Shown here one piece after another: positions 17,386 to 24,193 of a stretch of DNA of 29,788 bases (positions are counted from its first letter, which is position 1; every line of letters starts with the position of its first letter). The notes under the pieces were generated by a model. That model worked only from the letters and a program-made list of their open reading frames with translations, did no database searches and had not been told where the DNA came from. Origin of the DNA: Abditibacteriaceae bacterium (GTDB lineage: Bacteria; Armatimonadota; Abditibacteriia; Abditibacteriales; Abditibacteriaceae); assembly GCA_031425655.1 (NCBI GenBank), contig JANPJS010000023.1, forward strand, positions 1 through 29,788, read 5' to 3'. The position numbers and the translations under genes are program-made.

Positions 17386-18555
17386 ATGAAGACTCGTTTT
17401 TTGCTCACGCTTGGTTTGGTGGCCGCGCCGCTTTGGGCGCAGCCGCCGGAGCCGCGTAAATCTAAACCCGCCGCGCCGCCGATTTCGCTTGAAGAAGCGA
17501 ATAAGGTCTTGGGCGGGCCGACGCTCATCACATTGCATCTCAAGGACGCAACGCCGCAAAACATCGTTAAAGAATTTGCGCGTGTTTCCGGTGTCGCGGT
17601 GCGAATGTATTATGGTGGTTTGGAACGCGCCAAGACACTCTCGATTGATTTAGAGAATCAACCGTTCTGGTCGGCGATGCGCGAACTCTGCACCCTGTTA
17701 GGTGCCACTCCGCAGCCATTCAGCGGCGATTCCACCATAGTGCTGCAACCGGGCGCCGCCGGTTGGGCCGGCGGCGCGATGCTAACGCTCAGCCCGCTGG
17801 TTTCGCTGCGTCTCAGCCAGATCAGCCATACGCACACTTTCAAGCTGTCAAACGAGGGCGAAGGCATCAAAGCGGTCAGCGACGAGCATTCGCTGCCGAT
17901 TGTCGGCATGTTTTTGTTTGACCCTAAGGTGCGTCCTTTGTCCAATCCTATGCAAGTGACAATCACCGGAGCGGTGGATGAAAAAGGCGTAGCGATAACC
18001 AGCGAACCGGCTCACGCGTATAGCCAAATGCCGCTGATGTCCTCCCTGCAAATTCCGCTCAAGTGGCGCGCGGACATGGGCAAAAAGTTAGTGCGTTTGC
18101 GCGGCAACTTGAAATGTATCGTGATGAGCAAGCGTGAAGTCTGGGAAATTCCTGACGTGTTGAACGCGAAGGAAACCAGCAAAACCGTGCGCGGCCCGGA
18201 CGGGGACGAAATCTACACGTTTTTGGGAGTGCAGAAAACGGGAAACCAGTATCAGGTGCGCGTGAAGATCGAGCGCCCACAAGCGCTTATACATCCCAAT
18301 CAGCAGCCCGACGCTCAGCAGTTTTTATATGCACGGCGCGACGTGGGCCGCCTGATGAAATTGCAAGACGCCAATGGACGCAATTTGGGTTGGCAGGGTG
18401 GGGGCGGAGGCGATGATGCCATCGTAACTCACTTCGCCGAACTTCAAGACGCTGGCGAAAAATCGGAAGCCCCTCAGAAACTGATTCTGGAAATTCCCTT
18501 GGAATTCCGTGAACTCGAAGTGCCGTTTGAATTGAAAGATTTACCCTTGCCGTAA
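17386..18555 (+). CDS. Secreted hypothetical protein (STN-like N-terminus, beta-sandwich C-terminus)
   Basis: MKTRFLLTLGL signal peptide; TLITLHLKDATPQNIV..FARVSG; C-terminus EVPFELKDLPLP, reminiscent of planctomycete-type hypotheticals. The ORF-track extension to 17041 overlaps the preceding gene. Confidence 0.8.
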   Translation: MKTRFLLTLGLVAAPLWAQPPEPRKSKPAAPPISLEEANKVLGGPTLITLHLKDATPQNIVKEFARVSGVAVRMYYGGLERAKTLSIDLENQPFWSAMRELCTLLGATPQPFSGDSTIVLQPGAAGWAGGAMLTLSPLVSLRLSQISHTHTFKLSNEGEGIKAVSDEHSLPIVGMFLFDPKVRPLSNPMQVTITGAVDEKGVAITSEPAHAYSQMPLMSSLQIPLKWRADMGKKLVRLRGNLKCIVMSKREVWEIPDVLNAKETSKTVRGPDGDEIYTFLGVQKTGNQYQVRVKIERPQALIHPNQQPDAQQFLYARRDVGRLMKLQDANGRNLGWQGGGGGDDAIVTHFAELQDAGEKSEAPQKLILEIPLEFRELEVPFELKDLPLP

Positions 18556-18597
18556 CGACGCGGCACCACTTAGGAACTTACGTCGAAAGGATTCAGA

Positions 18598-21264
18598 ATG
18601 AACCGCAAGACAAGACGCCGCACGTTCGGCAAAAACTGGCGAATGCTCGTGCTGGGCGCGGCCTTATTGAACGCTCCGCTATTGCTGAGCACGGCCCGCG
18701 CGCAGAGCGATGCCGACATCGCCGCTTGGAAAACCGAGTTTCAAAACGCGCCTAAAACCAACGTGGCCAGCGCCAGAACCGCTTACGCCGCGCTGCTCGA
18801 CAAACTGCTGCCCGGCATGGCCAACGCCGATTACGACACGCGCTACCGCGCGCAGGACGCGTGGGAAAAGATCGCGCTGAACTCGGCACGTCCGGGCGCC
18901 GAATCCGAGCGGGCGGGCGCCGTTCAGGCGATGCTGGCCAAAATCGGCGCCGACACGCCGCCAATCGCACGCGAATGGCTGCTCAAGCAACTGGAATCCA
19001 TCGGTCGCGCCGACGCAGTGCCGGCTTTGACGCCGCTCATCAACGACGCGGACATGGTGATTCGCAATCGCGCCTTGCGTGGCTTGGCCGCGAATTCATC
19101 GCCCGAAGCCGAAACGGCGCTGCTGAATGCGCTTCAGCGCGCGACGACGCCCGAAACGCGCATCGCTTTCATCAACGCGCTGGCTTATCGCCGTTCAGAG
19201 GCGGCTGTCGCGCCGATTAGCGCGTTGCTGACAGCCGACGAAGCCGTTGCGATGGCCGCAGCCGACGCTCTGGGCAACATCGGAGGCACAACGGCAGCGC
19301 GTTCGCTGGGCGCGGCGCGGGCAGCAGCTTCGCCGAAATTGAAAATCGCGCTTCTCAATAATTCCATCAAGGCCGCCGATAGTCTGGCGGCTGCCAAGAA
19401 AGATGCCGGCGCGGCGGCGGTTTATCAGGAAATCTGGAATTCGCAGGAAGCGCCGCGCTTTCGCGTTGCGGCTTTGCGCGGTTTAGCCATGACGCGCGGC
19501 GTCGAAGCCTTGCCGATGGTGTTTCAAGCTCTGGGCGGCGACGATGCGTTTCTTTCCACAACGGCAGGTCGTTTGTTGGTAGATTTGCCGGGCGCCGAAT
19601 CGGGCAAAGCCATTGCGCGCCAGTTGCCCGGCTTGCAGCCCGCCGCGCAGGTCAGCGTGATTCAAGCTTTGGCCGAGCGCCGCGATTTGGCCTCGCGTCC
19701 CGCCGTTTTGGCTTTGGCCAGCAGCGCCGACCAAAACGTGAAATTAGCCGCCTTGCGCGCTCTTGGCGTTATAGGCGATGCTTCGGACACCACGATGCTG
19801 GCCCAACTGGCAGCGACCGACAAAACCCCGGTCGGCGCAGCGGCGCGTAGCAGTCTTGACCGTTTGCCCGGCGAACCGGCCAATATGGCGATGGTGAAGC
19901 TCTTTATGACTGCCACGCCTGAAGTGCGCGCCGAATTGGCACGCAGTCTGGCGGCGCGCCGCGCATCGAGCGCCGCGACTTCGATGTTGGCTTCGGCGGA
20001 AACCGGCAACGCAACCGAGCGACTGGAAGCGATTAAGGCGCTTGGCGTGCTGGGCGACGAAAAAGTGGTGCCGAATCTGGTGAAACTGCTCGTCAAATCG
20101 CCTAACGACGGCCATCGGGACGCTGCGCGGGATGCGCTCAAAGATATTTTGGACAATCGCACGCAAGACAAAACCATTGCGGGCAATGCTTTAGTCGCCG
20201 GCCTCAACGGTGCCGATCCCGCATCCAAGCGCGCCTTGTTTACGCTGATGAAAAGCACTGGCGGCGAGCAAACTTTGGCCTCGCTTCTGGCTGCGACGAA
20301 GGATGCCAATCCCGATGTGCAGGACGCGGCGATTCGCACCTTGGCGCAGTGGCCCGAAGGCGGCGCGGTGCCGATTCTCAGCAATTTGGCCACGACAACG
20401 CCGAATCTGGCTTATCACACGCTGGCGTTGGGCGGCGTGGTGCGTCTTAGCGCGCAACCGGCCTTTTCGACCGACGAGCGCGTCAAAATGCTGCAAAGCG
20501 TGCTGACGACGGCCAAGCGTCCCGACGAAAAGCGCGCCGCTTTGAACGCCTTAGCCAAAGTCGTTGACCCCGATGCGCTGGCTGCCGTGCGGCCTTTGCT
20601 CGATAGTGCCGATCTTAAAGAAGAGGCCGCGTTGGCTGCGGTCAGCATCGGAAAAAGCATGGGCGGCGACGATGTCAAAGCCGTGATGCAGCAGGTTATC
20701 GCAACCTCCAAAAACGCCGATACCGTAAAAGCCGCGACCGAAGTTCTCAACCGGCCCATTCCCACGGTTCACCTCTGGCAAATTGTCGGGCCGTTCCCCA
20801 ACGCCGACGGCAGCGGTTTTGATAAGGATTTCGGTTTGGAAAGAACCGTTGATCTCAAAAAGGCCTATACGCTCGAAGGCAACAAAAAGGCGAGCTTCAA
20901 GACCGTCACACCCAACGCGGAAACCGGCTACGTCAACTTGCTTGAGCAATACGACGTGAAGGAAAACGCGGCGGCTTACGGCGTGATTTACGTCAAAAGC
21001 CCGACGGCGCGCCCCGCTCATCTCACTGGCGGCTCGGACGACGGCATGAAAGCGTGGGTCAACGGCAAGCGCGTGGTGTCGAATAATGCGGCGCGTGCGG
21101 CCAATCCCAACGACGAACACGCCGATATTCAGCTTAAAGAAGGCTGGAACGAGATTCTCGTCAAAATCACGCAGGGCAGCGGCGATTGGGGTTTTTATCT
21201 TGATCTGCAAACGCCCGACAAAAAGCCCATGACCGATTTGCAATGGTCGGCACGACCGAACTAA
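18598..21264 (+). CDS. Secreted HEAT/PBS-lyase-repeat protein with a C-terminal beta-sandwich (GSDDG motif) domain
   Basis: Signal peptide; many AVPAL..L..D..VR..A..AL repeats; C-terminal WQIVGPF..GSDDGMKAWVNG..LKEGWNEILVKI..WGF. Confidence 0.88.
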   Translation: MNRKTRRRTFGKNWRMLVLGAALLNAPLLLSTARAQSDADIAAWKTEFQNAPKTNVASARTAYAALLDKLLPGMANADYDTRYRAQDAWEKIALNSARPGAESERAGAVQAMLAKIGADTPPIAREWLLKQLESIGRADAVPALTPLINDADMVIRNRALRGLAANSSPEAETALLNALQRATTPETRIAFINALAYRRSEAAVAPISALLTADEAVAMAAADALGNIGGTTAARSLGAARAAASPKLKIALLNNSIKAADSLAAAKKDAGAAAVYQEIWNSQEAPRFRVAALRGLAMTRGVEALPMVFQALGGDDAFLSTTAGRLLVDLPGAESGKAIARQLPGLQPAAQVSVIQALAERRDLASRPAVLALASSADQNVKLAALRALGVIGDASDTTMLAQLAATDKTPVGAAARSSLDRLPGEPANMAMVKLFMTATPEVRAELARSLAARRASSAATSMLASAETGNATERLEAIKALGVLGDEKVVPNLVKLLVKSPNDGHRDAARDALKDILDNRTQDKTIAGNALVAGLNGADPASKRALFTLMKSTGGEQTLASLLAATKDANPDVQDAAIRTLAQWPEGGAVPILSNLATTTPNLAYHTLALGGVVRLSAQPAFSTDERVKMLQSVLTTAKRPDEKRAALNALAKVVDPDALAAVRPLLDSADLKEEAALAAVSIGKSMGGDDVKAVMQQVIATSKNADTVKAATEVLNRPIPTVHLWQIVGPFPNADGSGFDKDFGLERTVDLKKAYTLEGNKKASFKTVTPNAETGYVNLLEQYDVKENAAAYGVIYVKSPTARPAHLTGGSDDGMKAWVNGKRVVSNNAARAANPNDEHADIQLKEGWNEILVKITQGSGDWGFYLDLQTPDKKPMTDLQWSARPN

Positions 21265-21265
21265 A

Positions 21266-21345
21266 GAATTGAGAATTTAGAATGAAGAATGGAGAAAGCA
21301 GATCGCTCGAACTTTTCTCTATTCTTCATTCTAAATTCTCAATTC
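21266..21345. repeat. Heptamer-built (AGAATNN) perfect inverted repeat
   Basis: GAATTGAGAATTTAGAATGAAGAAT (21266-21290) pairs with ATTCTTCATTCTAAATTCTCAATTC (21321-21345) at 25/25. Confidence 0.9.
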
Positions 21346-21361
21346 ACATTAAAGGAGTTTC

Positions 21362-22228
21362 ATGTTTTCGATTAACAAAATTTTATGTGGCGCCGGTGTG
21401 TTTCTGGCCGTAGTGGCTGGTAGCGCGCGAGCCGCAGAGCCGTTGCCCGACAGTTTGAAGACCGGCGAGTTCATCATCGGCTGTCAGGCATGGACGTTCA
21501 ACAAGTTCACGACTTTCGAGGCGATTGAAAAAACCAAAGCCGCCGGCGCCAAAGTCATCGAAATGTATCCGGGCCAAAAGATGTCGGCAGACGACGCGGT
21601 CGGCGTTGGCCCCGGCATGAACGCGGCGCAAATGCAAAAGCTCAAAGAAAAGTTGGCGAAGGAAGGCATCAAAGCCGTCGCCTTCGGCGTGACCGGCATC
21701 TCGAAGGACGAAAACGAGGCGCGCAAGCTGTTCGCGTGGGCCAAAGACATGGATATTGGCCTCATCAACACGGAATCGGCGGACGCCATTGATACTATCG
21801 AAAAAATGGTCAAGGAATTCGACATCAAAGTCGGTTTTCACGACCATCCGCGCCGCGCCGACAATCCGGGTTATCGGATGTGGGACCCGTTTTACATTCG
21901 CGATTTGGTCAAAGACCGCGATATGCGCATCGGAGCCTGCGCCGATACCGGACACTGGGTTCGTTCGGGCCTGAACCCGGTTTACTGCTTGAAAATTCTC
22001 AAGGGCCGCATCGTGGGTAGCCATTTAAAGGACTTGCACGTCTTTGAAGCAGGCGGCCACGATATGCCCTACGGCACCGGCGTCAGCGACGTGCCGGGCA
22101 TTCTCAACGAGTTCAAACGGCAGGGCTTTACCGGCCCGATTTCAGTCGAATACGAACACAAACAGGACAACAATCTGCCCGAAGTGACGCAGTCCATCGC
22201 TTTCGTGCGCGATTTCAAAACCAAGTGA
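21362..22228 (+). CDS. Secreted sugar-phosphate isomerase/epimerase-fold (AP_endonuc_2 TIM barrel) protein, candidate 3-ketoglycoside lyase
   Basis: RBS AAGGAG; signal peptide; GCQAWTF, GFHDHP, ADTGHW, HLKD, GTG, SVEYE. Confidence 0.9.
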   Translation: MFSINKILCGAGVFLAVVAGSARAAEPLPDSLKTGEFIIGCQAWTFNKFTTFEAIEKTKAAGAKVIEMYPGQKMSADDAVGVGPGMNAAQMQKLKEKLAKEGIKAVAFGVTGISKDENEARKLFAWAKDMDIGLINTESADAIDTIEKMVKEFDIKVGFHDHPRRADNPGYRMWDPFYIRDLVKDRDMRIGACADTGHWVRSGLNPVYCLKILKGRIVGSHLKDLHVFEAGGHDMPYGTGVSDVPGILNEFKRQGFTGPISVEYEHKQDNNLPEVTQSIAFVRDFKTK

Positions 22229-22246
22229 TTTTGGTTGGGAAAGTAG

Positions 22247-22280
22247 AAGGGACGGGCATTTTTTGCCCGTCCCTTTTGTT
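22247..22280 (+). terminator. Rho-independent terminator
   Basis: AAGGGACGGGCA-TTTTT-TGCCCGTCCCTT followed by TTGTTTT. Confidence 0.85.
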
Positions 22281-22347
22281 TTGAAAAAATTTACAACTTT
22301 CGCTTGAATTTTGCAGTCCTAAACGGGATTTTTGCAAGGAGAATCTA

Positions 22348-22866
22348 ATGAGCCAATGTAATGAAAAGGCGCACGCCTGCGGTAGCCGCCGCGAATTCCT
22401 CGTCCGCACCCTGACCGCCGCCGGTGGCGCGATGGTCGGTTTATCCATCGCCGCGAACGCCGCCGACGCGCCGGCCACACCGCCGGTCGCCGCTACAACG
22501 ACCACCACGACGACCACCACGACAGCGACATCCAGCGATGTCATTTTGGAACTGAGCGCGCATCCGGCGCTGGCGAAAATCGGCGGGTCGGAAATCATTG
22601 ACAGCCCCGCCGGAAAAATCCTCGTAATGCGCACCGGACAAGACACTTTCGCGGCGACTTCGGCGATTTGCACGCACAAAAAAGGCCCGCTCACCTACGA
22701 CGCCAAAAGCGGGAAGATCGTCTGCGACACGCATGGCGCCCTTTTCAGCACCGATGGCAAAGTCGTCGAAGGCCCGGCTAAAATTGACTTGAAGTCTTAC
22801 GTGTCAGGCCCCGCCGCCGTGCTGCACTTAGCCGACAAACCTGCCGCTACCGAAGCCGCGAAGTAA
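22348..22866 (+). CDS. Tat-exported Rieske [2Fe-2S] protein with a poly-Thr linker
   Basis: RBS AAGGAG; SRREFL; CTH and CDTHGALF ligand motifs; G.V..GPA. Confidence 0.92.
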   Translation: MSQCNEKAHACGSRREFLVRTLTAAGGAMVGLSIAANAADAPATPPVAATTTTTTTTTTATSSDVILELSAHPALAKIGGSEIIDSPAGKILVMRTGQDTFAATSAICTHKKGPLTYDAKSGKIVCDTHGALFSTDGKVVEGPAKIDLKSYVSGPAAVLHLADKPAATEAAK

Positions 22867-22886
22867 CCGCCTCTGCATCGTAAAAA

Positions 22887-22927
22887 GCAAGAGCCGCTCC
22901 CGAAATTTCGAGGGCGGCTCTTGTTGT
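22887..22927 (+). terminator. Probable rho-independent terminator
   Basis: GCAAGAGCCGCTCCCGAAATTTCGAGGGCGGCTCTTGT followed by TGT. Confidence 0.7.
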
Positions 22928-22945
22928 GTCAGGCTACGAATAATT

Positions 22946-22991
22946 TGGTTATTTAACCACTTGACACGCCTGGAGGTGACGCGAGTATAAT
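22946..22991 (+). promoter_or_regulatory. Sigma70 promoter TTGACA-N19-TATAAT with an upstream palindromic operator
   Basis: TTGACA 22961-22966, TATAAT 22986-22991, 19-nt spacer; palindrome TGGTTA-TT-TAACCA at 22946-22959. Confidence 0.65.
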
Positions 22992-23252
22992 TACTGTCAT
23001 ATTTATTTAACCGATAAATCATTCTTAATTTCAGGCGTTATCGCCATGTCGCAATCCTCAAGTTATTCTTCCCCTAAGTCGTCCGCTCGCAATTCGCAAT
23101 TCTTCCTTAACGAGTTTAGCCCGCCGTTTTCCTCCTGCTCCGCGCTTCCGTGCCGCGCTTTTGCGTGCCGGCGGCATTTTCGCGCCGCCACACCCGCGTT
23201 GCGCTTATTGGCGCCCACCTTTGCGATTTCGTGGCCCGCCGGCATAAAAAGC

Positions 23253-23402
23253 GACGTGGACTTGCGCCCGACCTACGTTCTGAACTGGCTGCCCGCTGCG
23301 GGCACCAGCACGATTATCAAAGTTCGCCTGCGTTATCTTTACAAAGGCGAGGAGTTCGGCAACTGGACGCCGTGGCAAAACTGGACGCTCCCCGGCGACT
23401 GA
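23253..23402 (+). pseudogene. 3' remnant of a small FN3/beta-sandwich-type protein gene
   Basis: DVDLRPTYVLNWLPAAGTSTIIKVRLRYLYKGEEFGNWTPWQNWTLPGD* has coding-like codons and an FN3-like strand F/G pattern (R.RY....GNW). The upstream part of ORF 23046..23402 is low-complexity hairpin DNA. Confidence 0.45.
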
Positions 23403-23404
23403 CC

Positions 23405-23565
23405 ACCCCATCCCCGGCCCTTCCCCTTGAAACGGCAAAGGGGGAGGGAGTCCCGCCGATTTTGCTTTGAGAAAAGTAATAGTTTTCTCGAAGCAGAAGG
23501 GACAGAACTCCCTTCCCCTGTCGTTCAAGGGGAAGGGCCGGCGGGTGCCCTCTGGGCAGGGGGTT
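23405..23565. repeat. CCCCT/AGGGG-type REP doublet (same family as 15935-16054) with a central hairpin
   Basis: Unit 23405-23452 is the near reverse complement of 15935-15982. The partner unit is 23507-23565. The spacer forms GCTTTGAGAAAA / TTTTCTCGAAGC. Confidence 0.85.
23543..23556 (+). other. 14-nt cassette GGGTGCCCTCTGGG inserted in a REP unit (putative empty IS110 target), copy 2
   Basis: The partner unit reads GGGCCGG-GG-ATGGGGT; this unit reads GGGCCGG-CGGGTGCCCTCTGGGC-AGGGGGT. Confidence 0.7.
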
Positions 23566-23624
23566 CGGCCTCAAGGCAAAACGCGCCGCCTCGGCGCGAG
23601 ATTTATTTAAGTTTGAGGAAAAAG

Positions 23625-24161
23625 ATGAACTATCTCCTCCGCACCTCTCGACTTGGCGCCGAGCGCGCCGCCCGCGTGAGCCATCGCTCACCGTTTTTGC
23701 TGCTGCCAGCCATGTTGCTGACCGGTTTTGGTCTGTCTGTGCCGTCGCAAGCGGCAAGCGCGGCGGGGCCGTGGGTGCAGCAACCCTTCGCGGCGCAAGC
23801 ACCGGCAGCTTCGGCGGCGAGTAGCGCCAAAGCCATCGCGCAACTCAAAGCAAGCGGGCAATACGACTCGCTCAGCGCGGCCATCGTGCGCGCTCGTTAT
23901 GGCGTGCGCGCCGTTGAGGGCGACGCTTCGTGCGTCTGGGCACAAAACCCAAATAACAATCTCAATAGCAGTTTCAGCGCGCGAGGCGTGCGTTTTCGCG
24001 TGACTGTGCCGCAACAGGGCACGCGCAAGGCAAAGGCTTATCAATCGGCGTGGCGGCTGCAAAGACTGGGCACGAGCGACGTATGGGTGGTGCAGGGGGC
24101 TTGCCCCCGCTGGTGGGGAATTTTTTGCGAGCAAAGCGTGCAACGTGCACACTTGCCGTAA
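23625..24161 (+). pseudogene. Truncated N-terminal part of a large secreted FG-GAP/beta-propeller-type surface protein
   Basis: RBS GAGGA and a signal-like segment. AIAQLKASGQYDSLSAAI..ARY, AQNP..NL.SSFSARGV and WRLQRLG resemble the N-terminal domain preceding FG-GAP repeats in large bacterial surface proteins. After ~24071 the frame runs into non-coding-looking DNA. Confidence 0.5.
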
Positions 24162-24193
24162 AGTTGGGTTACGCCCGTCGGGAGAACAACGTT

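Noticed and set aside
16128..17564. 478-aa minus-strand ORF (and similar ones at 13855-14808, 12644-13324, 19662-20393)
   Set aside because: Antisense to well-supported genes; expected in GC-rich DNA.
24066..24071. CTGGGC at the apparent truncation point of the 23625 gene, matching the right half of the putative IS110 target
   Set aside because: CTG-GGC (Leu-Gly) is a very common codon pair and the preceding CT core is absent; not distinguishable from chance.
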